47,604 bases of DNA from Tepidisphaeraceae bacterium (GTDB lineage: Bacteria > Planctomycetota > Phycisphaerae > Tepidisphaerales > Tepidisphaeraceae), in assembly GCA_050011595.1 (NCBI GenBank), contig JBEKIV010000046.1, positions 1 through 47,604 on the forward strand. The letters are read 5' to 3'. The notes beneath the pieces were generated by a model. It had not been told where the DNA came from. It did not search any database and saw only the letters and a list, made by a program, of their open reading frames with translations. Positions within the stretch are counted from its first letter, which is position 1. Each line of letters opens with the position of its first letter. The position numbers were made by a program, and so were the translations under genes. Shown here piece after piece: positions 9,247 through 17,909 of the stretch.

Positions 9247-10473
9247 ATGCCTCGCATCAATCTTAGCTCGACGCCGGATTCCAGCGATCCGTGGATCACC
9301 GGGTTTTTGGCGCCCGTGTGCACGATTCGTTGCGACTCGGCGACGCTGCAAACCGTCGCCCGCGTCGGGGGCAGCACGATCCGTCAATGGGACGATCCGT
9401 TGCAAGCGTTGCAGTGGATGTCGCGCACGTTCTGGCCGGGAAAGGGACGATGGATCGGATATCTTGGATACGACGTGGGCCGGCTGTTTGAGAAACTGCC
9501 GGCGCGGGCGGCGGATGATTTGAATTTGCCGTTGTTTGTTTTCACCTATTGCCGCCCCGCCGGGGATCGGCCGGGCGGGAAGGATGCGGATTATGGATCA
9601 AAGGGGTCGGGAGTCTTTTCAAAGACTCCCGACCCCTTTCCTGTGGCGGTCTCGGATTTTTCGCGCAGCCAGTACGAATCGGCGGTGCGAAGGGCAATTG
9701 AATACATCGGGGCCGGGGACGTGTTTCAGGTGAACCTGTCGCAGCGGTTCACGGCCGGCCTGAAATCGCATCCGGCGGAGATTTATCAGCGGCTGGTGCG
9801 CCAGTCGCCGGCGGCCTATGGGGCGTATCTGGGCTACGACGATTTCGCGATCATTTCCAATTCGCCGGAACTGTTTTTGCGCGTGACGCCCGATCGACGG
9901 ATCGTCACCCGGCCGATCAAGGGGACTCGGCCAATGGCGGCGGGGATGGAGATGGCATTGCGCGATTCGATCAAGGACCAGGCGGAGTTGAACATGATCG
10001 TGGACCTGGAGCGAAACGATCTGGGCCGGGTTTGCCGGGTGGGGAGCGTTGAGGTGGCCGAGCGGCGGGCGATCGAGGCGCATCCGACGCTGTACCACGG
10101 CGTGGCGACGATCCGGGGCATGCTGCGCGAGGACGTGACGTTCGTGGACCTGTTGCGGGCGACGTTTCCAGGGGGAAGCGTCACCGGCGCTCCGAAAATC
10201 CGGGCGATGGAAATCATCGACGAGTTGGAACCGGTGCGCCGCGGGCCGTATTGCGGGGCGATCGGATACCTCGACGCGGCGGGAAATATGCAGTTCAACG
10301 TGGCGATCCGCACCATGATCGCCAAGGCGGGCCGGATTCACATCCCCGTGGGCGGCGGAATCGTGGCCGATTCCGATCCGGCGGAGGACTACGAGGAGAC
10401 GCTGGTCAAGGCGAAGGCGATGATGGCGGCGGCACAGATTCATTACGAGCGTTCCAGTCGACACACCGAGTAA
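9247..10473 (+). CDS. pabB: Aminodeoxychorismate synthase component I (chorismate-binding enzyme family; anthranilate synthase I not excluded)
   Basis: 408-aa ORF with GDVFQVNLSQRF, ELNMIVDLERNDLGRVC, FPGGSVTGAPKIRAMEIIDELEPVRRGPYCGAIGY and GGGIVADSDP. Confidence 0.8.
   Translation: MPRINLSSTPDSSDPWITGFLAPVCTIRCDSATLQTVARVGGSTIRQWDDPLQALQWMSRTFWPGKGRWIGYLGYDVGRLFEKLPARAADDLNLPLFVFTYCRPAGDRPGGKDADYGSKGSGVFSKTPDPFPVAVSDFSRSQYESAVRRAIEYIGAGDVFQVNLSQRFTAGLKSHPAEIYQRLVRQSPAAYGAYLGYDDFAIISNSPELFLRVTPDRRIVTRPIKGTRPMAAGMEMALRDSIKDQAELNMIVDLERNDLGRVCRVGSVEVAERRAIEAHPTLYHGVATIRGMLREDVTFVDLLRATFPGGSVTGAPKIRAMEIIDELEPVRRGPYCGAIGYLDAAGNMQFNVAIRTMIAKAGRIHIPVGGGIVADSDPAEDYEETLVKAKAMMAAAQIHYERSSRHTE
9601..9638. 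repeat. Perfect 18-bp inverted repeat (2-nt centre) inside the pabB reading frame
   Basis: aaggggtcgggagtcttt-tc-aaagactcccgacccctt, read directly from the sequence. It encodes KGSGVFSKTPDPF in the linker just before the conserved chorismate-binding core. Confidence 0.8.
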
Positions 10474-10556
10474 CCTCTGTGATGAGTGCTGGCCTGTCCA
10501 AGATGGTTTGGGAGATTGAGGATTTGCCGAAGCTCATCGACTGAATCGCGGTACAA

Positions 10557-11174
10557 TTGCCGCCAATGAAGGGCTTTCGCCGATGGCTTTTCAACATGGT
10601 GGCCGCATTGTCGCTGGTGTTGTGCGTGGCGACGATGCTTATCATCGCCCGCAGCTTTTTCAAAAGCGACATGGTGGAACGCTTCACTTTTGGCCCGACA
10701 GTAGGGCCGGTGCTGCATCGTTCCCGGATTCGAATTCTCTTTGGGCGCGGGATCGTGTTCGTCCTGTTGATGGACGAGGCGAACACCACCAGGGGCGCGG
10801 CCGACATGGCAAAACTCCGTCCCTATTTTGAGGGACCGCCGGATTGGACGTATAACGCCTTCCCCCCTTGTTGGCCAACGCCCGCGGCTCACGAGTGGCT
10901 GGGATGCGGGTTCTCGGATTACCAAATCCTGAACCCTCAGGGTTGGGAAGCCCCGCGGTCGCGCGAGGTACGCGTCCCGCTCTGGTTTCCGCTGGCGCTG
11001 TTCGTGGCGCTGCCCACGTGGCAATTCGTAGCCCGCTGGATGCAACGCCATCGACTTGCGCCGGGCGCATGCCGCACCTGCGGCTACGACCTCCGCGCCA
11101 CGCCTGACCGCTGCCCGGAATGTGGGACGGTTCCGCCGAAAAAAGAAATACTTTCAACCTCAACCGTTACCTGA
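10557..11174 (+). CDS. Hypothetical membrane protein with a C-terminal zinc-ribbon motif
   Basis: 205-aa ORF with an N-terminal TM helix (WLFNMVAALSLVLCVATMLIIA), a second TM near residue 150, and a C-terminal CRTCGYDLRATPDRCPECG motif. Confidence 0.6.
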   Translation: MPPMKGFRRWLFNMVAALSLVLCVATMLIIARSFFKSDMVERFTFGPTVGPVLHRSRIRILFGRGIVFVLLMDEANTTRGAADMAKLRPYFEGPPDWTYNAFPPCWPTPAAHEWLGCGFSDYQILNPQGWEAPRSREVRVPLWFPLALFVALPTWQFVARWMQRHRLAPGACRTCGYDLRATPDRCPECGTVPPKKEILSTSTVT

Positions 11175-11213
11175 TTTTTAACCGTCTGGCTCAAGCGGTA
11201 TCATTTCCGAACG

Positions 11214-12302
11214 ATGCAACTTTCAACCCTCATCGCGGTGATGGAACAAATCGCTCCCACATCCCTGGCGGAGGCGTGGGACAACGTCGGTCTATTGGCG
11301 GGCGATCCGAATCAGGACGTTTCGCGGATTCTGCTGACGATTGATTATTCGCCGGAGGTGGCCCAGGAGGCCAGGACGAATCAGTGCGATCTGGTGATCG
11401 CGTATCATCCGCCGATCTTTCAGCCGCTGAAGCGTGTGGTGGCGGGGAGCGCGGTGTTCGACGCGGTTCGCCGGGGGGTGGCGATTTATTCGCCGCATAC
11501 GGCCCTGGACGTCGCCGAAGGGGGAACCAATGACATGCTGGCGGACGTGCTGGGGATGGCGGATCGGCGGGCGCTGAAGTCGGGCCAAGCAACCGCGAGG
11601 CAATACAAGCTGGTGGTGTTCGTGCCGATCGAAGCGGTGGACAAGGTGGCCCGGGCGATGTTCGATGCAGGGGCGGGCCGGATTGGGAATTATTCATCGT
11701 GCAGTTTCCGGGCATCCGGGACCGGTACGTTTTTCGGCGGCGAGGGCGCTCAGCCGGCCGTGGGACAAACGGGGCGTTTGGAAAAGGTGGACGAAATCCG
11801 GCTGGAAACGGTGGTCCCCATCGGCAGCGCCGAGGCGGTGATCCGGGCGCTTCGGGCCAGTCATCCCTACGAGGAGCCGGCCTTTGATTTGAACGTGCTG
11901 GCTCCGGTGCCGCCAGAGCGTGGGCAGGGCCGAATCGGGTCCATCCCCCCCACCGCTCGCGGCCAACTATTCGATCGGATCAAGCGGGAATTGGAAATCG
12001 ATCGTCTGCTGATCGCCGGTCCCGTGGAGGGAACCGTCTCGCGGGCGGCGGTTTGCGCCGGTTCGTGCGGGAACATGCTGGATGATGCGATCGAGGCGGG
12101 GGCGGAGTTATATTTGACCGGTGAAGTGCGCCATCACGATGCGGTAAAGGCGGCCGGCGCGGGGATGACGGTCGTTTGCACCCTGCATTCCAACAGCGAG
12201 CGGACGGTCCTGAAGTGGCTGGCCAAACGGCTGGCCCAGACGCCGGGGATGCCGCCGATTCGGGTTAGCTCGGCGGATAGGGACCCGTTTTCCATTCGTT
12301 AA
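11214..12302 (+). CDS. Nif3-like dinuclear metal centre protein (GTP cyclohydrolase 1 type 2 / YbgI family) with an inserted PII-like domain
   Basis: 362-aa ORF with N-terminal AEAWDNVGLLAGD, AYHPPIF and IYSPHTALD, and C-terminal YLTGEVRHHD. Confidence 0.85.
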   Translation: MQLSTLIAVMEQIAPTSLAEAWDNVGLLAGDPNQDVSRILLTIDYSPEVAQEARTNQCDLVIAYHPPIFQPLKRVVAGSAVFDAVRRGVAIYSPHTALDVAEGGTNDMLADVLGMADRRALKSGQATARQYKLVVFVPIEAVDKVARAMFDAGAGRIGNYSSCSFRASGTGTFFGGEGAQPAVGQTGRLEKVDEIRLETVVPIGSAEAVIRALRASHPYEEPAFDLNVLAPVPPERGQGRIGSIPPTARGQLFDRIKRELEIDRLLIAGPVEGTVSRAAVCAGSCGNMLDDAIEAGAELYLTGEVRHHDAVKAAGAGMTVVCTLHSNSERTVLKWLAKRLAQTPGMPPIRVSSADRDPFSIR

Positions 12303-12349
12303 TGCGGTCGGCCTGTGAGGGTGAGGATGGATCACCAACGACTTTCCGC

Positions 12350-12355
12350 TATAAT
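12350..12355 (+). promoter_or_regulatory. Candidate -10 box (TATAAT) for the DUF433/DUF5615 pair
   Basis: A perfect TATAAT 28 nt upstream of the ATG at 12384. There is no convincing -35 box. Confidence 0.3.
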
Positions 12356-12383
12356 TCTGCTGTTTGTGAGGTCGAACACCTAC

Positions 12384-12665
12384 ATGACGATTGCCACGAA
12401 CCATCTCTACGTTACCCGCGACGACTCCATCCTCAGCGGCGAGCCGATCATTAAGGGAACTCGAACGCCCGTACGCGCCATCGTGGAAATTTGGCGCCTT
12501 GGGGTTGCCCCCGAGGAGATCACGACGCATCTGCCGCATCTGACGCTCGCTCAGGTATTCGACGCACTGAGCTATTTCGCCGATCACCAGGACGAAATCG
12601 CGCGTCACATCGAGCGGAACCGCGTAGGTGATGAATTGATTGATCCCAGGTCGAAGAACTCGTGA
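12384..12665 (+). CDS. DUF433-domain protein (putative antitoxin-like partner)
   Basis: MTIATNHLYVTRDDSILSGEPIIKGTRTPVRAIVEIWRLGVAPEEITTHLPHLTLAQVFDALSYF matches my recollection of DUF433. I trimmed the start from the track's 12315 to the in-frame ATG at 12384. Confidence 0.7.
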   Translation: MTIATNHLYVTRDDSILSGEPIIKGTRTPVRAIVEIWRLGVAPEEITTHLPHLTLAQVFDALSYFADHQDEIARHIERNRVGDELIDPRSKNS

Positions 12666-13009
12666 GCCGATTATTCATCAGTCTTTTTCTCGACGAGGAC
12701 GTGAGCGTTGTCGTCGCCAAACTCCTCCGGTCAAGGGGATACTCCGCCTTGAGTACGCAGGAGGCGGGGCAGATTGGCCGAAGCGATGCTGACCAATTGG
12801 CGTTCGCAGCGGAACGACAGATGGCGATCCTGACGCACAACCGCGACGATTTTGCGGCGCTGGCCGGTCAATACCGCTCTGTTGCGAAAAATCACTGCGG
12901 AATCATCATCGCTGTGCGACGACCGCCCCATGAAATTGCCCGCCGATTGTTTGCGCTATTGGATCGCATGACCGCAGAGGAGATGGATAACCAGCTATTA
13001 TATATTTGA
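12662..13009 (+). CDS. DUF5615 / Mut7-C-like PIN-fold protein (putative toxin partner)
   Basis: 115-aa ORF with a GTG start that overlaps the upstream stop by 4 nt (GTGA). LFLDEDVS....LR..GY.....EAG..G.SD..QLAFA....AILTHNRDDF is typical of this family. Confidence 0.65.
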   Translation: MSRLFISLFLDEDVSVVVAKLLRSRGYSALSTQEAGQIGRSDADQLAFAAERQMAILTHNRDDFAALAGQYRSVAKNHCGIIIAVRRPPHEIARRLFALLDRMTAEEMDNQLLYI

Positions 13010-13057
13010 CGGGTGTTCGTTCGAGCTCGTTTGTAATCCGGTGAAAGACTCAAAGGC

Positions 13058-13079
13058 CCGCGGGAGAAATCTCCCGCGG
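13058..13079. terminator. Hairpin between convergent genes (ccgcgggag-aaat-ctcccgcgg)
   Basis: 9-bp perfect stem with a 4-nt loop. On the minus strand it is followed by a moderately U-rich tract (gcctttgagtctttc), 10 nt after the stop of the 13089 gene. Confidence 0.4.
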
Positions 13080-13088
13080 CTTGGGAGG

Positions 13089-13904
13089 TCATTGTTCATA
13101 CGGCCCTTCGACGATGTCCCAATCCGACGGCACGGGCGGCTGGGCGAAATCCATGTCGGTTGCTCCGGCATTGATTTTCACGTCGGAGAGGTCGGTCGTG
13201 CGAGTCGTGGTTTGATTGATGTCATCGGTCTGAATCCGCCGGGGCATGGCGCTGGCGATGTCCACCCAGACATCGATCGTCTTGAATCGGCTGGCGAATT
13301 GGGTGCCGTCCTTCGGCGTGAGCCGCACGTGGACGGAGCCGGGCGGATCATCTTTGGCGGGATCGACTCTGGCCACGTCGAATAGTTGCAGGACGTCCTC
13401 CCTTTTTTGCCCGAGCGGCAAGGGGAACGGGCCTTGGCCGAGCTTGAACAGATCGAGCTTTTGGCCGGGCTTGAGGACCTGGGTGCGGTTTTCGTGTTTC
13501 TTCAGGTAGTCGCGGTCGTCGAGGATGCCGTTGTCCAACGTGTATTGGTGGTCGGCGGGGAAGATTTTGTCGCCGAGGCGTCGTTGGGTGAACGCGACGC
13601 GGATTCGGGCGTCGCCCGGGCCTTTGCGCTGGAGGACGACGGAGCCGGTGTTGATGGTGGAGTCGCCGGAACTGTCATCGGTATCGGTGAGCCTCACCCT
13701 GGCGGAGAAATCGCGGAGGTTTTCGCCGCGGGCGTCGAGGGCGTCGAGGATTTGATCGACGGTGGATTTGGCGGATAGGGCCGCTGATTGAGTGGATGGG
13801 CCCGAGGCCACGGTAGCACAAAGCAAAAAGAATATTGGCCACAGATATAAATCAGATGGACACAGATGAATTCTCTGTCTTATCTGTGTCCATCTGATTT
13901 TCAT
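13089..13904 (-). CDS. Secreted hypothetical protein, possibly LolA/lipoprotein-sorting-like fold
   Basis: From Met31 of the 301-aa ORF. The signal-peptide-like N-terminus is MKIRWTQIRQRIHLCPSDLYLWPIFFLLCATVASG. The following pattern (ILDALDARGENLRDFSARVRL...GSVVLQRKGPGDARIRVAF) recalls LolA-like proteins. The start is uncertain (13994 or 13904), and the N-terminal codons overlap the 13838-13911 palindrome. Confidence 0.5.
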   Translation of the reverse strand: MKIRWTQIRQRIHLCPSDLYLWPIFFLLCATVASGPSTQSAALSAKSTVDQILDALDARGENLRDFSARVRLTDTDDSSGDSTINTGSVVLQRKGPGDARIRVAFTQRRLGDKIFPADHQYTLDNGILDDRDYLKKHENRTQVLKPGQKLDLFKLGQGPFPLPLGQKREDVLQLFDVARVDPAKDDPPGSVHVRLTPKDGTQFASRFKTIDVWVDIASAMPRRIQTDDINQTTTRTTDLSDVKINAGATDMDFAQPPVPSDWDIVEGPYEQ

Positions 13905-13911
13905 CTGTGGC
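13838..13911. repeat. 74-bp palindrome built from CACAGAT / CAGATGGA units
   Basis: The 30-nt arms gccacagatataaatcagatggacacagat and atctgtgtccatctgattttcatctgtggc match at 28 of 30 positions. The loop is gaattctctgtctt. It lies between the HAD gene stop and the body of the next gene. Confidence 0.8.
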
Positions 13912-13930
13912 AAAAACTGTTTTCTTTGAA

Positions 13931-14533
13931 TCATGGTTTGCATCCTTGCTTCAGAATTTTGGTCAGTTCGGGCAGATCGGTCACGGTAAGCCACGGTTCG
14001 GCGGCGAAAGGGCGCTGCTTGCCGTGGCTGACCCAGACCGAGCGGACCTGGGCGGTGCGGGCGGCTTCAATATCATATTGTCCATCGCCCACCATCCATA
14101 CCTGATCGAAGTTCAACCGCAGGCGCCGGCAGGCCCATTGCAGCGGGATGGGACTGGGCTTGAAGGGACCGTCCTCGCGGGTGATCAGAACGTCGATGCT
14201 GAGATTGTGTTGGCACATGACGGTGTCGGCGCTGAGCCGGCTGTTGCGGGTGATGACGGCGCTGGGGATGGCCTGGGCCGCCAGCCAGGCCAGCAATTCC
14301 CGGCAGCCGGCGTTTAGCCGGGAATGCCGCGCGGCGATCTCCTCGTGGCGAAGCAGGATAGCTTCGGCCTGGCGACGCCGCGGTTCGTCCAGTTGGGCAA
14401 GGGATTCGAGGATCGGGCCGTCGCCGATGCCCATGTCGGCCTTGATCCGGGGGAAATCGAGCATGGGTTCGGTGAGCGTACCGTCCATATCGAACAGGAT
14501 GGCGCGGGGAAGATGGAAATTCGGTTCGATCAT
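13931..14533 (-). CDS. HAD-superfamily hydrolase (phosphoglycolate phosphatase-like)
   Basis: 200-aa ORF with motif I AILFDMDGTLTEP, motif II VITRNS and motif IV MVGDGQYD. Confidence 0.8.
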   Translation of the reverse strand: MIEPNFHLPRAILFDMDGTLTEPMLDFPRIKADMGIGDGPILESLAQLDEPRRRQAEAILLRHEEIAARHSRLNAGCRELLAWLAAQAIPSAVITRNSRLSADTVMCQHNLSIDVLITREDGPFKPSPIPLQWACRRLRLNFDQVWMVGDGQYDIEAARTAQVRSVWVSHGKQRPFAAEPWLTVTDLPELTKILKQGCKP

Positions 14534-16233
14534 TCGGCCCAGGGGGCGTCGTCGGGTTCGCCCGGGTTTGGCGGAGCGGTCAGGTCATACACGTCAATGG
14601 AGTCACCGACTCGAGCGATGGGGCGATAGCGCGCCAGCCACGGCAGGGGGCGGTCGATGAGACGGACATTTTTGCTGATGAAAAGCATCCTGCCATGCGG
14701 AGAAGCGACGAGGGACTCGGGGTCCAATCGCAATTGGCGCAGGAGCGGGGCATTGCGGCGGCCCGTGAGGCGGATGGCGCAGGGCCGGCCCGGGGCGTTG
14801 GCGCCTATCCAATCGGCCAGGCGGTAGACGTCCTGGTTCCAATCGAGGTTGCTGTCCAGCGCAAATCGGTCTCCGCCCGACGAGCCGCCGGCGGCGAGAT
14901 TGAAATAGCCGAGATAATCGGGATGAACCGCGGCGGTTTCCAGGGCGGAGCAAAGCATGAGACAGGCGAGAACCCAGACCCAGCCGGGTCTCACCAATTG
15001 GATCGCGGCGAACAGATAGAGAAACGGAATGGCCGGCAGGACGTAACGCACACCGATGTCGATGTTGCTGGTCATGGCGGCGAGGAGGAAAACGGCTGGG
15101 GGAAGAAGGACGTGGCGCATCGCCCAATCGCGCCATTGCCGGCGGCCCAGAAAGAGGCCCAGAGCGATGAGGGAAGCGGCCAGGAATCCGATCGGGCTTT
15201 TGAGGGCGAGAACTTCGGGAAAATAGTACCACCATCCTTGGGAACTGACATGGCCGTTGAGATAGGCGAGGTGTCCGAAGCGGTTATGAACGGACTGGCG
15301 GGCCAGGGCGAGGAAAAAGCTGGGCATGGGGATGGGCGTTTGGCGGACCCATGGGGGAAGACGCTGCCATTGTTGGCGCATGGATTGCGCCTGAGGGTTG
15401 TCGGCTGCATCGTGTTGGGCGGGAGCATTGAGGCCGGCCTGATCGCCGAGGGGGCCGAGGTTGAAGAAATAAGTGGCCCACAGCGTCGTGAATGCGATCA
15501 GCGCCATCAGAGGCAATTGCACCATGAGGGTTCGCCAGCGGGAAATTCCGGTCATAGCGACCAGTGCGATGACGGGAATGACAAGCAGGCAGGAGAATTT
15601 GGTGGAGATGGCCAAGCCGCAGACGGTGCCGGCAAGGGCGGCCCGTGGCCAGGCGGGGTTACGGAGCCATAGGAACGCGTAATAAGTTGCCGCGAGATAT
15701 CCGGCGCAGGCGGCGACATCGTTTCCGATCCAGAATCCGTGACCGAGGAGGGTGGGATCGAAGCTGAAAAAGGCGACGGCGGCCGCGGCGGCCGGCGGAC
15801 CGGCGAGCCATCGCCCCAGGCGATACAGGTAAAACAGCGAAATCGCCGGGAAGAGGAGCATCACGAGCCGGGCGTGGGTGAGCAGAGTGCCGGTCGGTTT
15901 CAGGCTCTGGTAAAGGACCTGGGTGCCGAGGGCGTATCCGAGGTCCTCGGTTCCGATGGTGGTTTGTCCGCGGCATTGGGGGAGGCGCGCCCCGTCGAGC
16001 CACAGGGGGATCGCGGCAAGGAGCCTGGCGAGCGGCGGATGGCCGCCGGGTGCGATGAGCTTGTGGGCTTCGATCATGGAGACGGCCGCGCCGATGTGGG
16101 CAGGTTCGTCGGTTGCGGGGCTGAAAACTCTGACGGAAAGGGCCAGCCGGAGGACCATGACAACGCCGGCGGCCAGCGCCAGCCAGGGATAGATGCGACG
16201 ATGAGTCGATGGAGCTTGGGCGCGGTCGTTCAT
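14530..16233 (-). CDS. GT39/ArnT-like polytopic membrane glycosyltransferase
   Basis: I trimmed the 658-aa ORF to Met92 (MNDRAQAPSTHRRIYPWLALAAGVVMVL...), because the upstream 91 codons overlap the opposite-strand epimerase gene. It has about 10 or more TM helices and an early DEPAH motif, typical of ArnT/PMT-like enzymes. It overlaps the HAD gene start by 4 nt. Confidence 0.7.
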   Translation of the reverse strand: MNDRAQAPSTHRRIYPWLALAAGVVMVLRLALSVRVFSPATDEPAHIGAAVSMIEAHKLIAPGGHPPLARLLAAIPLWLDGARLPQCRGQTTIGTEDLGYALGTQVLYQSLKPTGTLLTHARLVMLLFPAISLFYLYRLGRWLAGPPAAAAAVAFFSFDPTLLGHGFWIGNDVAACAGYLAATYYAFLWLRNPAWPRAALAGTVCGLAISTKFSCLLVIPVIALVAMTGISRWRTLMVQLPLMALIAFTTLWATYFFNLGPLGDQAGLNAPAQHDAADNPQAQSMRQQWQRLPPWVRQTPIPMPSFFLALARQSVHNRFGHLAYLNGHVSSQGWWYYFPEVLALKSPIGFLAASLIALGLFLGRRQWRDWAMRHVLLPPAVFLLAAMTSNIDIGVRYVLPAIPFLYLFAAIQLVRPGWVWVLACLMLCSALETAAVHPDYLGYFNLAAGGSSGGDRFALDSNLDWNQDVYRLADWIGANAPGRPCAIRLTGRRNAPLLRQLRLDPESLVASPHGRMLFISKNVRLIDRPLPWLARYRPIARVGDSIDVYDLTAPPNPGEPDDAPWAE

Positions 16234-16267
16234 TAAATGCTCGATTGGCGAGTATAACATTGCGGAT

Positions 16268-17257
16268 ATGGGACAGATAAGCGATTGGCGGCGATTGCAC
16301 GGTTCGGCGTTGGACGGGCAGGTGGTGCTGGTGACGGGCGGGGCGGGGTTCATCGGTTCGCATCTGGCGACGGCGCTGCACGAGCTGGGAGCGAAGGTGA
16401 CGGTGCTGGACGATCTGTCGGGCGGGGGCGATCCGAAGGTATTGCCCAAAGACGTTGAATTCGTGCTCGGTTCGATTCTGGATCGGGAGTTGCTGAAGAA
16501 ATGCACGCAAGGCCGCGGGGTGGTGTTTCATCAGGCGGCGTTGGGATCGGCGCCGCGCAGTTTGGAGGAGCCGCGGAAATACCAGGAGGTGAATTCGACG
16601 GGCACGCTGAACGTGCTGGAAGCGGCCCGGGAATGCGGAGCGCGGCGGATGATCTTCGCGGCCAGCAGCAGCGCGTACGGGGACGCGGCCGAGTTGCCGA
16701 AGGTTGAAACAATGCCGGCGTTGCCGCGAAGCCCGTATGCGGCGACGAAGGTGGCGGGCGAGGCGATGTCGGCGGCGTACGGCGCGGGGATGGGGCTGGA
16801 TACGGTGAGCCTGCGGTATTTCAACATCTTCGGGCCAAGGCAGGCAACCGACAGCGCGTACGCGGCGGTGATCGCGGGGTTCGCCAAGGCGATGCTGGGC
16901 GGCAAGCGGCCGACCATCTATGGCGACGGCGAGCAATCCCGGGATTTCACCTACGTGGACAACGTGGTTCACGCCAATCTTCTGGCCGCCCGGCGCCAGC
17001 GGCGATTGGACGGAATGGCGATCAACGTCGCGTGCGGATCCCGCATCACGATCAACGAATTAGCCCAGCGCATGGCGCGAGCGCTGGGGAGGGACGACCT
17101 GAAGCCGATTCACGCCCCCGAGCGGGCCGGCGACGTGAAGCATTCGCTGGCCGATCTGAGACGGGCGAAAGAGATTCTGGGATATGAGCCGATCGTGGAT
17201 TTTGCCGCGGGGCTGGCTGCGACGATGCAGTGGTATCGCGGGGCGATGGGCGGGTAA
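16268..17257 (+). CDS. NAD-dependent sugar-nucleotide epimerase/dehydratase (extended SDR, WbpP/TviC-like)
   Basis: 329-aa ORF with VLVTGGAGFIGSH, the catalytic YAATK, SLRYFNIFGPRQ and GDGEQSRDFTYVDNVV. Confidence 0.85.
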   Translation: MGQISDWRRLHGSALDGQVVLVTGGAGFIGSHLATALHELGAKVTVLDDLSGGGDPKVLPKDVEFVLGSILDRELLKKCTQGRGVVFHQAALGSAPRSLEEPRKYQEVNSTGTLNVLEAARECGARRMIFAASSSAYGDAAELPKVETMPALPRSPYAATKVAGEAMSAAYGAGMGLDTVSLRYFNIFGPRQATDSAYAAVIAGFAKAMLGGKRPTIYGDGEQSRDFTYVDNVVHANLLAARRQRRLDGMAINVACGSRITINELAQRMARALGRDDLKPIHAPERAGDVKHSLADLRRAKEILGYEPIVDFAAGLAATMQWYRGAMGG

Positions 17258-17277
17258 GATGGGTGTTGGCGTCGTCA

Positions 17278-17865
17278 ATGACAGTCGTGCCCGGTCCATT
17301 TTCGTTGGAGCGAATGGTGAATGCCGTTGAAAAAGTGCGGCTGCGGCTATTGCGCGCGGCGGGAGCATTGGAGGCGGCCAACGTCCCGTACGCGGTGGTG
17401 GGCGGCAACGCGGTGGCACTGTGGGTTTCGCGCGTGGATGAGTCGGCGGTGCGGAACACGCAGGACGTGGATATCCTGCTGCGCCGGGCAGATCTCGACG
17501 CGGCCAGACGGGCGATGGAGGAGGCGGGTTTCGTTCATCGGAGTTCGGCGGGGATGGAAGTCTTTCTGGACGGCCCCGGCGCCAAGGCGCGCGATGCGGT
17601 GCATATCGTCTTCGCAAACGAAAAAGTCCGCTCCCACGAGCCGGCGGCCAATCCGGACGTGAGCGAATCGGAGGCCGCGGATAGGTTTCGCGTGCTGTCG
17701 TTGGAAGCGCTGGTGCGGATCAAGCTGACGGCGTTTCGAGACAAGGACAAGGTCCACCTCCGCGACCTGATCGAAGTTGGACTGGTGGATGAATCGTGGA
17801 CGGCGCGGCTCGGGCGGGAGTTGGGATCGAGGCTGCAAACGCTGCTGGATACGCCGGAGGGATAG
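17278..17865 (+). CDS. Nucleotidyltransferase-fold protein (pol-beta superfamily; AbiEii-like resemblance)
   Basis: Trimmed to the Met after the epimerase stop. The motif VVGGNAVALW...NTQDVDILL fits the G[GS]-x(n)-D-x-D NTase signature. No obvious partner gene is present. Confidence 0.5.
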   Translation: MTVVPGPFSLERMVNAVEKVRLRLLRAAGALEAANVPYAVVGGNAVALWVSRVDESAVRNTQDVDILLRRADLDAARRAMEEAGFVHRSSAGMEVFLDGPGAKARDAVHIVFANEKVRSHEPAANPDVSESEAADRFRVLSLEALVRIKLTAFRDKDKVHLRDLIEVGLVDESWTARLGRELGSRLQTLLDTPEG

Positions 17866-17909
17866 TGGGGCGTATTGGGCGGCGGTTTCGATCTGGGCGA
17901 TGCGGCGGT

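Noticed and set aside
14603-16972. ORFs 14603..15235(-), 14695..15672(+) and 15659..16972(-) (437 aa)
   Set aside because: They are alternative or antisense frames of the GT39-like and epimerase genes, with Arg/Pro-rich low-complexity composition.
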